A stretch of DNA of 64,000 nucleotides from a virus (IMGVR_UViG_3300009285_003054:88726-152725); one strand, 5' to 3'; positions 8,160 to 17,804 are shown, counted from the stretch's first letter. The notes: generated from the letters alone by a model not told the origin. Translations and numbers: made by a program.

Positions 8160-11100
8160 TTAGGGTTCAACGATCCCGAAATTGTTGGAGTCCACCACGG
8201 CCAACCCGAAGGTATGGGTGATGGTGTGCCTACGATAGTACCCGTAGACGTACCGGAAAATGTTGGGGCTGGTGGTATCCCGGTATACTCGCACATCACT
8301 CCCGGAGATGATCTTGCGGGGTGTCCCCGCATCACTGAGGTATCTACCAATCTTGTGGGTGGAAACCAGTTCGCTCAGGGTACCTACTACTACGTTTCGT
8401 AGTGCTTCAGCACCCGCCAACGGATCCTCCGGGGTCAACGAGATAATCTGTGATTCAATGACCCCGTCAACCGCCCGAGTCACATACTTGTCCTGAATCC
8501 GGAGATTGGGAGATGCCCACTCCGTCATGGAATCGGTGGTCATTTCAGTGACCCACCTGTATACCCCAGTACCCACTGAGTCCAAGAAGTTGATCCGTGC
8601 GGACCCGAGTACCTTGTTCTCAGCTTCTGTGAACGTCTGCACGGAATCAAATACCGTGAGTAGCGTCCGAAGACTGGTCATCCAGGGTTCTGCAAATCCG
8701 GCGTACTGCATGCAGAGCACTGCGGCAACGAAAGATCCATCCAGGGTCACCACGGTGGTTTTGCCGTCTGCCAGAGTGATGGTATAGGTACACTCGGTTG
8801 GCCCGACCATCACCCGCGTACCATGCGACTGGTTGTCCCCAAACACTGCCAGGGTGTTGATAGCAGTGTACGCCAGGGTATTCGGAGTGACAGAGTCCCC
8901 TACCTCTGTATTGAGGGGCATACCCACCCAGAGCATCCGGAGATTCTTCTGCAGGGGATCAGCTAGTTCGTCAATTTGCTGCAGTTGGGTTCCAAGAGTC
9001 CCGAAGGCGCTCAGTACTACCATGTCAGTGATTCGAGTATCCTCGAAACAGGCTTCAATTGCGGTGTCATAGTCCGAATCTTGGTAGATCCCATCCTCAT
9101 CGGCGTCTGCCACCTGGCATACGAAGAAACCGTTCCCATCGGGATTGAGCTTCCAAGCCAGGGAGTTGATGATGGCCAGGTGATTCGTGGTGCCCATGGG
9201 GAACAAGAGGGTCTCCCCCTCGTCCTTGCTACGCACGAAAATGGGAACATTATAGAGATCTGTACCCCGGAGGTACTGTGCAGATAGGCGGTAAGAGTCT
9301 CCCGGAGTTGGCTCTGCACCCTTGTGTTGGTATACAACAGTAAGGTCGTCGGCTGGGTCAGCAGCTCCCAGGTCAATAAAGCGGGTGTTGTCCCCACCTA
9401 CATCCACCACAATGGCTGCACCAGTAATCGGAGTAGGCACACTATTCACTACTGAAACCAAAGTGTCCGGGGTATGATTGAGGATGATGTAGTAGTGTCC
9501 GGCGGTTCCGGTGATGACCCCCAGGGAGTCTAGGATGATATCATCTTCGCTCACTGTCTCGGTTTCCTGAATCTGCACAGACCAGTCAATGACATCCGCA
9601 AGGGTAGTGGTCCAAGTGAAGATATCCCCAGCGCGGAATCGCGGGGTGCTCACATTCCGGACCATCATAGTGAGACTTCCATCAAAGGTAATAGACTGGT
9701 CTGCCGTGATCGCAGTGAACGTCCCAGTACCCCCCTCGGGGGTCCCTGAGCTGAAGATAAAGGCTACTGACCCAGCGCCGGCTACTGATACCTCGGCTTC
9801 GTAGCTTCGATTGTCCTTCACATCCGGGACCACCCGTGGAGCAGCAATTGTTACAGTGAATGAGTCACCCACTACGAAGTTTGTCGCTCCCAAATCTACC
9901 GCTATTTCGACACCCTCATCCAGATCTGCCGTGGCAGAATCAATCAGGACCGCAGTAGTCCCAGTGGCAATGCCATCATCTCCGATGGCAGTCCAGGCCA
10001 ACGTCACATTGGTGGTTCCGGTGATAGCCACTGTGGTGAGCTTGTAGGATCGATTCCAATCTCCGGTGAACTCGGATGCCAGGGAGTGGATTGTGACTAC
10101 TCCAGTACCTGTGTTTGCCGGATCTGGTACTACACTCCCGATTGTGGTGAACTGATTGGTGTTCTCGTGCAGTACTGAACGTTCCACCACACCTACCCCG
10201 TAGGCTGTGTATGTCCATACGTCACCAACATCGAAAGTGCCCCCCTGATCCTGTACGGAGAACTTCAGCCCATATTCCAGGGACACCACCGCACCCTCAA
10301 CGGGGGTTATCTGATTAACAACACCTGCAGTAAGTACGTAGGTCGTATGGGTGGGATTGTGGTGTGCCATGTCATTACCCAACGCAACCGGTGTACTGGA
10401 CCAGGCGAATATGGCGGCACCCCCAGCCCCGCCCGTGGTGCATTCGATGGAGTAAGTTCGGTTGTAAGGGTGGGTATACGTCGAAGTCGACGCAAAGTAG
10501 AGAATGCCGTCTCCAGTATTACCTCCGTCCACTGTCATTGAAGTGGTCCAATGCTCCTGTGCATCCTCCGGTGCGCCCCACACTGTTACACCGACTCCAG
10601 TGAATTCTGCCAATGTCAATGCGGAAGATGCCGCCACAATTGCTGTGGTAGTAGAAGCAGCCGTAATGTAGGTGATGGTGATGACCTTGGTCGGGACATC
10701 CTCTACAACTGACAGTGCCAATCCGATTACAGTAACTATCTTAATCCCATTACCCGCAGGACCCTCAGTCAATGCAGTGACTGTGATATCTTCATTGTTG
10801 GCACCCAGCACTGTGCCTAGCGCGTAGTCTCCTCCTGAACCGTAGGCTTGCCCGGTCAGGTAGGTATTGCCTGCATCCGGGACCCCATCGGTCACTGTTA
10901 CTGGAAGGATGTAGTCCAGATACTCGGTAAAGTCTTTCCCACCAGGCCCCCTACCCATACTGATAATGCTGCGAATGTCATCATAGGGGAGAGGATCCAG
11001 GACATCTCGGTCGATGCTCTGATACGTGATGTAGTAAGTGGTGGTGGTATTGAAATATCGTGTAGCGACGATGACGCTGTCGTTGGCTACTACTGTCTGG

Positions 11101-11399
11101 GTGAAAGAGTATTTTGAACCATCCAGTTCTACACCATCCGAATCCACAATTTGGGTATTGGATTTGTTACCATCACTCTGGAAGTCGAGTACTGCAGTGT
11201 AGGGGCCTGTCCCGGTGAAGGTAAGGGTCTCATCGGAAACCTTCGCCCTAATTATCTCAGAGTTGAGATATTGAGCTAGGCGACTTCCTTTCCCCACTAT
11301 GACAGGCAGGCGGGGGTACCCAGCCAGATTTGGACCAGCCGATGGGCGAATGACAAACCCGATATAGTTCCCGGGCCGCAGAAAACTCGATGTCTCCAT
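8160..11399 (-). CDS. Tail sheath protein with large inserted beta-domains (1079 aa)
   Basis: Sheath-like N-terminus (FLRPGNYIG...RLPVIVGKG) and C-terminal core (YDTAIEA, LDGSFVAA, FTEAENKVLGSARINF); AGGAG SD; upstream of the tube gene. Confidence 0.85.
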   Translation of the reverse strand: METSSFLRPGNYIGFVIRPSAGPNLAGYPRLPVIVGKGSRLAQYLNSEIIRAKVSDETLTFTGTGPYTAVLDFQSDGNKSNTQIVDSDGVELDGSKYSFTQTVVANDSVIVATRYFNTTTTYYITYQSIDRDVLDPLPYDDIRSIISMGRGPGGKDFTEYLDYILPVTVTDGVPDAGNTYLTGQAYGSGGDYALGTVLGANNEDITVTALTEGPAGNGIKIVTVIGLALSVVEDVPTKVITITYITAASTTTAIVAASSALTLAEFTGVGVTVWGAPEDAQEHWTTSMTVDGGNTGDGILYFASTSTYTHPYNRTYSIECTTGGAGGAAIFAWSSTPVALGNDMAHHNPTHTTYVLTAGVVNQITPVEGAVVSLEYGLKFSVQDQGGTFDVGDVWTYTAYGVGVVERSVLHENTNQFTTIGSVVPDPANTGTGVVTIHSLASEFTGDWNRSYKLTTVAITGTTNVTLAWTAIGDDGIATGTTAVLIDSATADLDEGVEIAVDLGATNFVVGDSFTVTIAAPRVVPDVKDNRSYEAEVSVAGAGSVAFIFSSGTPEGGTGTFTAITADQSITFDGSLTMMVRNVSTPRFRAGDIFTWTTTLADVIDWSVQIQETETVSEDDIILDSLGVITGTAGHYYIILNHTPDTLVSVVNSVPTPITGAAIVVDVGGDNTRFIDLGAADPADDLTVVYQHKGAEPTPGDSYRLSAQYLRGTDLYNVPIFVRSKDEGETLLFPMGTTNHLAIINSLAWKLNPDGNGFFVCQVADADEDGIYQDSDYDTAIEACFEDTRITDMVVLSAFGTLGTQLQQIDELADPLQKNLRMLWVGMPLNTEVGDSVTPNTLAYTAINTLAVFGDNQSHGTRVMVGPTECTYTITLADGKTTVVTLDGSFVAAVLCMQYAGFAEPWMTSLRTLLTVFDSVQTFTEAENKVLGSARINFLDSVGTGVYRWVTEMTTDSMTEWASPNLRIQDKYVTRAVDGVIESQIISLTPEDPLAGAEALRNVVVGTLSELVSTHKIGRYLSDAGTPRKIISGSDVRVYRDTTSPNIFRYVYGYYRRHTITHTFGLAVVDSNNFGIVEP

Positions 11400-11437
11400 A
11401 ACTTTGCTCTCCTAGTTGGGCGTTATCCACCCTCGAA

Positions 11438-11725
11438 TTATAACTCTCTGGCCTGGAGCAACCGCATAATGGGGGTTGTCAGGTTTGTGTCGTCTTGCAA
11501 GAGAATGACCATCCGGTCGCCGGCAACGTTCAGATCTGGCACCTCTGCTACCGTCCCAATTACCCCAGTGAAGTCCCCCAAGTCAAGGATCCCATCGCTA
11601 GTGTCATTCGTCACTTGGAGGTTATCTGCCCGAAGATAGAGATCTTCTCCCAAGGTATATTCGGAGTTGAGCAAGTCCCCGGGCACTCTGGTATAGTTGG
11701 CTACGATTTGGATAAGATTAGACAT
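11438..11725 (-). CDS. Hypothetical protein, possibly structural
   Basis: Tiled ORF with GAGG upstream; acidic. Confidence 0.7.
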   Translation of the reverse strand: MSNLIQIVANYTRVPGDLLNSEYTLGEDLYLRADNLQVTNDTSDGILDLGDFTGVIGTVAEVPDLNVAGDRMVILLQDDTNLTTPIMRLLQAREL

Positions 11726-11728
11726 TGG

Positions 11729-14287
11729 CTATACCTCAGTCACGAGGGCTTGCACCACCGCAGTGGCTAATGGGCTATGTTTGGATCGTACCCAGCGTGA
11801 CCCTGTACCCTCTTGCTCATGATCTCCATCTCGTGGGGTAAGCATCCTTCTCCGTTTAACCTTCCTCGATTCACCATCAAAAGATGACGTTGCGCTGTAC
11901 TCCTCTGGCTCAGGGTCGGTGTCAATTGCGCATATGTCTGCCGGGTCATCACCATTATCACAGGAGGATATCGATGCTAGAAGTACAGCGCACGCCTCCT
12001 TATAAACATAAGCTTTGCGTTGGCTGTCGCGTTCTTTTTTCTCCATCTTCCCAACATAGTCATGGCGTCCTTCAGCAACGGCACGCAACTTGTGCACCGC
12101 TTCCTGCGCCCAGTGTTTCACCCCGTGGACCGCCAATGCCCCGAGATTGCGCATGAAGTTGAATACTGCGTAAAGCCTTCCGAACTTCTTATGATCCTTC
12201 GGGTACTGTTGAGTGGCTGAGTGGACCTTCTCGGGATCTTGCTGCTCGACATGGGACTGAAGGGCTTGCCTTCCTTCATCGTCCAACCCCATGTGCTCTG
12301 CTGCCTGTCCAAAGTGTCCTTTTTCCTCGGGTTGGATCTCTGTCGGATGAGTTTTGGGCTCGGGCTTATCCGTTTGTTGTGTTGGCGGGATCTTCCCTTT
12401 TGCGGAATGTTGAGCAGCCTGACCATGATGGGAAGTCTTCCACCGTTTGTAGAACTTGACTTGCTCGGGCCAAGGAAGGGAATCGAACAAGACTTTGTTA
12501 CCTGTCCGCGGGGATCGAAACGTCTTGCCTTTGGCGCGCATTTTCTTTCGGAATGCTTGTGGGAAAGGATCTGCCCGATTCTTCTTGCGTGCTACTTCGG
12601 GACTCCCATCCTCTAGGTGGGGGTTGACTGCCGGTTTAGCTGCGAAGATAGGGTACGCCAGAATTATTTCGGGGGGTGTCCTGGCCAGTTGATCTCGTTC
12701 TTCTCGAAACTTGGCTTTGGCTGCTGCAGTCCGAAAGGAAGCTTCTTTACTCTCTGAGAATATCACATCCTCCACTGGATCCTGGCGGTCAAAAGGCTTC
12801 TTGTATCTAAGGGTAGCATCCCTATCGTCTTCCTCATCCTGGGATATCACCTCATTCTCTGCCCCCGGATTATTAGCCAGTTGGGTACCTCTAAAAGATG
12901 ACCAGTCGGGACGTGGGAGAAACCCCCGATTCTTGTAATCCCCGGGGTTGGGGCGGGATCTAATAGCCTGAATCAAAGAGGCACCTGATCGCACTCCCGG
13001 AGACTTGGCACTTTTGGTTGATGTTATTGCAGCGGTTGTATACAACCGCTGGGGCTCGACATCAATCATCACATGCTTTGGGGTCTGGGGTGCGCGGATA
13101 GTCTTGTCTCTCATGTGGGGATTGGGCCAGTCTTCAGTCTGTTCCTCGGGTGTTTCTCCATCTTGTTGCTTCTGGCGATCATATCGGAGGGTCTCCGCCA
13201 TCCTGATCCTTCGGTGCGAATCCTTCCAATTCACACGGGTTATCCATTCCTGGACAAGTTGCGATTTTGGTTGGGTAACATTTGGGGTATCCAAATCGAG
13301 GACAGCCACGGGATGCCCATAAATGCTTTTGGTTGCACTCCTGGCATCCAATGTCTGTACGAGAAGCTTATCCGATCCACTGGCGTAGGCCAGAATAACC
13401 CACCCCTGCTGCACAGCCTCTGCGGCTTGTTGCAAATCCGAAGCGAGCCGAGCAGGGCGTGCGGGATCATACTTTTGTGCCAGTACACTGTAATCTCGAA
13501 TGTTGGTGGTAGATTGTCCGTTGGCAGCCACCATCTCGTGAAACTTCAAACAGCGTAGAGCGTGTCCAAGTTCTGTTTGGCTGTACGGTGATGGTGCCGT
13601 CTGCCATCGGTGTGCTGCAATGCGATAGGATTGATACAGTCCTACCCAATGACCCGGAGATGCCAACTGTGCAAGGATGGGGAAACTCTGAGTTTTGGCT
13701 GCAATCTCACGAGTAGAAGGTTGTGCTCCCAACCGATGGGTAACATAGGGTTCCTGTGTGGAGTCATTCACATCGACGTGGCTGAGGGTCCATGTGGGGT
13801 AGACGATGTTCTGGTAGGGGGCTAATGCCAACTCAGCGTCTTCGCGAGTCCCTGTGAAGTAGCCCAGGGTGCTGTGTGGATCATACCGAGAGAATTGTTG
13901 TACGTCTTCCGGGAAGTACTCCTGTAGACCATCAGTCAGCTTGTGGTAGAGCGCTGCCAATTGTGTGTGGTCCACGTAGTCGATGTAGATCGGTATGCGC
14001 CCACCGGAGTTAGGGGAGACAGCGAAGGTACCCAGTCCCCGTGGTTGGAGTGCGAAAGGTCCTACCTTACCCACAATCTCCTGAACCTTATCCGAGATGA
14101 CCGGCTTAAGTTTGGAGTCAACACCCTGAAGGTAGACCAGGGTGATGTGCATGTTTTCGGGGTCTTCCAGATCGATCTTCCCCCCAAATTGCTTTTCCAC
14201 ATCCCTTTGTGTAGCTCGAAATGCTTCCGCAAAGTGGGGAGGGATCCTCGCAAGAATACAGATATTCTCTTTCGACATACAAAACAT
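11729..14287 (-). CDS. Multidomain protein with N-terminal 2H phosphoesterase (2'-5' RNA ligase/Acb1-like)
   Basis: Two HxT motifs (MHITLVYL and PHSTLGY) about 90 aa apart, ending W.L..V; later a GKTFRSPRTGNKVLFDSLP module and low-complexity linkers. Confidence 0.85.
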   Translation of the reverse strand: MFCMSKENICILARIPPHFAEAFRATQRDVEKQFGGKIDLEDPENMHITLVYLQGVDSKLKPVISDKVQEIVGKVGPFALQPRGLGTFAVSPNSGGRIPIYIDYVDHTQLAALYHKLTDGLQEYFPEDVQQFSRYDPHSTLGYFTGTREDAELALAPYQNIVYPTWTLSHVDVNDSTQEPYVTHRLGAQPSTREIAAKTQSFPILAQLASPGHWVGLYQSYRIAAHRWQTAPSPYSQTELGHALRCLKFHEMVAANGQSTTNIRDYSVLAQKYDPARPARLASDLQQAAEAVQQGWVILAYASGSDKLLVQTLDARSATKSIYGHPVAVLDLDTPNVTQPKSQLVQEWITRVNWKDSHRRIRMAETLRYDRQKQQDGETPEEQTEDWPNPHMRDKTIRAPQTPKHVMIDVEPQRLYTTAAITSTKSAKSPGVRSGASLIQAIRSRPNPGDYKNRGFLPRPDWSSFRGTQLANNPGAENEVISQDEEDDRDATLRYKKPFDRQDPVEDVIFSESKEASFRTAAAKAKFREERDQLARTPPEIILAYPIFAAKPAVNPHLEDGSPEVARKKNRADPFPQAFRKKMRAKGKTFRSPRTGNKVLFDSLPWPEQVKFYKRWKTSHHGQAAQHSAKGKIPPTQQTDKPEPKTHPTEIQPEEKGHFGQAAEHMGLDDEGRQALQSHVEQQDPEKVHSATQQYPKDHKKFGRLYAVFNFMRNLGALAVHGVKHWAQEAVHKLRAVAEGRHDYVGKMEKKERDSQRKAYVYKEACAVLLASISSCDNGDDPADICAIDTDPEPEEYSATSSFDGESRKVKRRRMLTPRDGDHEQEGTGSRWVRSKHSPLATAVVQALVTEV

Positions 14288-14289
14288 CC

Positions 14290-15144
14290 TTATAGGATTA
14301 GACCCAGGACGACTTTGGCAACACGCGAGACACTGGCAGGCGTAACTGGTAGCTCCTCGCGGTCATCATAATGGGTCTGATACCAATGTAGCCAGGTTTC
14401 CTGAATTCGATCAAGATCTGCTTTGACCATTCCGGATTCTACGTCTCTGATGTAACTCATGTAGATGTGAAGATCTTTTTCGAAAGCAGAACCCCACCCG
14501 CGTGCGCTATTCACAATCTCCCGGACGTGTGCCTCTACCTCAATGGGTTGGAGGTAGTAGCTCAATGGGTTTCGCTTCCGTTCGGATTGAGAGACATTGG
14601 ACACAAAGTATCCCTCAACAGATTGCCGAGCGTGGGTCATCTCGTGCCCAATGGCTGCTGTACCATCATTGGTGGCTACCCGTTGAATAATCGCGTAATC
14701 CAGACTCGAATTCAAAGTGAACGTCACAGACAAAACACGGAGTATTCCGCGTTGAATGGAGAACACACCACTTGATTCGGATTTGATTTTCTTGGCTTGT
14801 TGTTTAAGGGTTACCGTAGCCCGAAACTCATCAATCCCCAAGGCGTGGAAGGCATCCTCAACATCCGGAGTGATCTCCAATGCATCATCCCGCATGTGCA
14901 TTTGATCCTTTGCACTACGGAATCGGGCCACTAAGGTACCTCTCCGGGTACGAGTCCAATGAAACCCCGCTACTGCGGGGGTTTCCCCCCAGTACTGTTT
15001 GCAATATCCAAGGATTTGATTACAAATTTTTCGGGGAACATGGTAGAGATCAATATCCCGGGGATCTAATGTATGGGTTGGGTCAGCCGATCCAGTAGCA
15101 ACAAGGGGGGTTTGTTCGTATGGATCGAGGTATACAAAAGACAT
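14290..15144 (-). CDS. Zincin-like metallopeptidase domain protein
   Basis: IGHEMTHARQ (HExxH) followed by YYLQPIEVEAH (third ligand Glu). Confidence 0.75.
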   Translation of the reverse strand: MSFVYLDPYEQTPLVATGSADPTHTLDPRDIDLYHVPRKICNQILGYCKQYWGETPAVAGFHWTRTRRGTLVARFRSAKDQMHMRDDALEITPDVEDAFHALGIDEFRATVTLKQQAKKIKSESSGVFSIQRGILRVLSVTFTLNSSLDYAIIQRVATNDGTAAIGHEMTHARQSVEGYFVSNVSQSERKRNPLSYYLQPIEVEAHVREIVNSARGWGSAFEKDLHIYMSYIRDVESGMVKADLDRIQETWLHWYQTHYDDREELPVTPASVSRVAKVVLGLIL

Positions 15145-15218
15145 GTGTATTCTCTACGGGGTAAAGATAAGTGATTAGCATGAGAAAACTGGGTATTATG
15201 CTATGGGGAAATTGCACA

Positions 15219-15980
15219 ATGCTGTCAAAGCTAATACGGGGAGATTGCTTCTCGGTGCTCCCAAAACTACTGGAAAATCATTTCCAGTTGGTGTTCGCCG
15301 ATCCTCCGTATAACACAGGGTCCACCAAACTTGTGCTTAGGCGCGCCCACACGAATGGGACGAGTGGAGACTGGAAACGAGTAGACGCGAAATGGGATCA
15401 ATTCGTAGATCATACTGCATATCGGGATTTTACTACCCGATGGATGGAAGAATGCCTCCGAGTGATCAAACCCACGGGAACTCTCTTTATATGCTGCTCC
15501 CATCACAGCATCGAAGCCGTTTTGTACTCCATTCGCCGCACAGGTCTGCGCGTGTTGAATATCATCACATGGCAGAAAGCCAATCCGATGCCCAACCTTA
15601 CACGAAGGATGCTCACGCATTCTACCGAGTTCATTGTATGGGTCGGAAGGAATCCTGGATGGATATTTAACTACGAACAGATGAAGACCCACACCGAGAA
15701 TGGTGTACAGCTTGGGGATGTCTGGAGATTCCCGGTGGTAGGTGGGAAGCAAAGGCTGAAAAACGCGGAGGGGAAAAGCTTACACCCTACGCAAAAACCG
15801 GAAGCACTAGTAGGAAGATGTCTGGAAATGGCTAGTAACACAGGAGATTGGGTATTGGATCCCTTCGGTGGAACCATGACCACTGCGGTGATGTGTTTGC
15901 GGTTGAATCGAAGATTTATTTGTGTCGAGAAGGATAGGGAATACTATACAAGAGGGGTGAGTAGGCTCAGACTTGGTTAG
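15219..15980 (+). CDS. Beta-class amino-DNA methyltransferase (N6-adenine likely; CcrM/DpnA-like)
   Basis: GDC start, FADPPYN, ECLRVIKPTG, ITWQKANPMPN, HPTQKPEAL, VLDPFGGT; the catalytic motif precedes the SAM motif. Start at ATG 15219 preferred. Confidence 0.93.
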   Translation: MLSKLIRGDCFSVLPKLLENHFQLVFADPPYNTGSTKLVLRRAHTNGTSGDWKRVDAKWDQFVDHTAYRDFTTRWMEECLRVIKPTGTLFICCSHHSIEAVLYSIRRTGLRVLNIITWQKANPMPNLTRRMLTHSTEFIVWVGRNPGWIFNYEQMKTHTENGVQLGDVWRFPVVGGKQRLKNAEGKSLHPTQKPEALVGRCLEMASNTGDWVLDPFGGTMTTAVMCLRLNRRFICVEKDREYYTRGVSRLRLG

Positions 15981-16023
15981 TTATTGCTGTCTGACCATAC
16001 TTTTTCGATTGAACATTCTTTCC

Positions 16024-16317
16024 CTATACTGGCCAGCGGCTTAATAGATTTTGATAGTAGTGTATTCGCGCACTACTGGACGCAGCCATCCTTGCATACT
16101 CAGCCTGGACCATACGATCCTTCCCCGACCTACGCATATGTGTCACATCTGGACCATGCACCGCAACATAGACGTATCGATCATACTGCTCCAGCAAATT
16201 ATCGATAATTTGCTGGAGATCGGATGCTTCCACCGCTCTCCCTAGTTGATCTTCCAGATTGTCCAGTGTGTAGTCGTCGTAATCTCCTGTGATCACACTG
16301 TAGTAGTCATGGTCCAT
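16024..16317 (-). CDS. Hypothetical acidic protein
   Basis: TAGGAG SD; tiled ORF. Confidence 0.7.
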   Translation of the reverse strand: MDHDYYSVITGDYDDYTLDNLEDQLGRAVEASDLQQIIDNLLEQYDRYVYVAVHGPDVTHMRRSGKDRMVQAEYARMAASSSARIHYYQNLLSRWPV

Positions 16318-16345
16318 ATATAATGGCTTCTCCTATCGGTATACA

Positions 16346-16636
16346 TCAGGGATATGCTGCGGAGGAGTCATCCACATGAACAGTATACCACGTACCAGAC
16401 CCATCGTCATCCAAGTCTTCCTCCAACCCGGAAATGACCACGCAATCTTCGTTATCTCCAACATCACGGGTTGATCTGGCATAGATAACTTCCGGGAATT
16501 TCGCTCCCGGCTTGTGAACTCTCACCACAATTCCTGTGGGTTCATAAGAGACTACGAATGTCTCCATTGTAGTCCCTTCATCTGCTTTCAGAGCAACCAG
16601 AACCTCATCGTGGGCATCCAGCTCCAGCTTCACCAT
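16346..16636 (-). CDS. Hypothetical acidic protein
   Basis: TAGGAG SD; preceded by a CTAAAG motif. Confidence 0.7.
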   Translation of the reverse strand: MVKLELDAHDEVLVALKADEGTTMETFVVSYEPTGIVVRVHKPGAKFPEVIYARSTRDVGDNEDCVVISGLEEDLDDDGSGTWYTVHVDDSSAAYP

Positions 16637-16748
16637 GACAAATCTCCTAGTTTATTGTGGACGAGGCCTACCCACAACCCACCCGCCGTCCGCGTACCAG
16701 ATTACAACACACCCCATAATAGGGCTGAAACAGCTTTAGAGAATTTGT

Positions 16749-17804
16749 CTAAGGGTGGATGGTTACTTCTCTCCGAGCCAATACTTCGGGGTGGGAATGT
16801 CCACTACCAGCAACTTCCCGCTGCCTGGTGGATACTACCTGGATCTCTACATTCCCAGGTCGAATCCCACGCAGGCATATACACCTCCCAGATTTGACCA
16901 AAGTAGCCACCCGATGATCAGAAACAATCACTTTCCAATCTCCCGGGAGAGTTGTCGGATTTCCTGCTGGATCAAATAGTGAGTATTCACCTATCCGACC
17001 CATTTGTAGTCGACCTGATCCAGAGATAGAGGGGAGAATTGATTCCGATGCATTCACAGCAGTAGCCATTGTTATAGGGGAGATCACACCCCCACGTAGG
17101 GAGCTATTAGACTCCATCGCTATCTCGATAGATGTAGATGTGGTCCACTTCTGATCGATCGGATCATCTGGCACCGCCTCTTTGGTCAGTGCCCCAAATG
17201 AGTTCTCTAGCGGAAGGGTAATTTGATATGTGGAATCACCCTCCGAACACACCAAATGATTACCTCCTCCGAGTCTGCGGAGGGGGGATCCGAGGATTTC
17301 GGATACCAACAATGCCAGATCCCCACACGTCCCCTCGTCATTGGCTCCAATGATAATATCAATGTTGATTGTAAGGGAGAGTGTCAGATCGTAATCTGCC
17401 AATAGCTTCCCTAGTCTCCTTCCACCCTGCAGGTCCCCCAACCCTGCTGGTCGATTCCGAAAACCACCGTCTACTAACAGAATAGCCGGTTGTCGTTCGG
17501 GGAGGGTCTTCATCATGCGTGCAACTTGCACCCTTCGCTGTGTAGGGTCCCCCGTTTCCCATGAGAACCCGGTCTCCACGTGGATATTCCTCTGTGCCGG
17601 GCGATTGAGTACAAAAGTTGCTGCTCGTGGTGAGTAACGTTCCAGCAGTATTCTCCGCGCAGTGTCTGGGGTAAGCCAGAGCTGGATGTACCGCTGGATT
17701 GCTGCTTTTGCAACATTGACCTCCCGCCCCCGTGGATTCTGAGCAACTGCTTCTGCAGTAGACACTGAGCGCCGAGTGTAATAGAATCCATCATCAGGTG
17801 TCAT
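16749..17804 (-). CDS. Putative tail completion/terminator-like protein with C-terminal Ig-like domain
   Basis: RQPAILLVDGG...INIDIIIGANDEGTCGDLALLV pattern resembles tail-completion folds; C-terminal W...SD..VATL.....L.G..PG.V.I.V resembles Big_2. Confidence 0.5.
   Translation of the reverse strand: MTPDDGFYYTRRSVSTAEAVAQNPRGREVNVAKAAIQRYIQLWLTPDTARRILLERYSPRAATFVLNRPAQRNIHVETGFSWETGDPTQRRVQVARMMKTLPERQPAILLVDGGFRNRPAGLGDLQGGRRLGKLLADYDLTLSLTINIDIIIGANDEGTCGDLALLVSEILGSPLRRLGGGNHLVCSEGDSTYQITLPLENSFGALTKEAVPDDPIDQKWTTSTSIEIAMESNSSLRGGVISPITMATAVNASESILPSISGSGRLQMGRIGEYSLFDPAGNPTTLPGDWKVIVSDHRVATLVKSGRCICLRGIRPGNVEIQVVSTRQREVAGSGHSHPEVLARREVTIHP

Noticed and set aside
16655-16700. G-rich leader with a weak GGACG/CGTCC stem as a riboswitch or ncRNA
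   Set aside because: Only a 5-bp stem, with no recognisable aptamer consensus.
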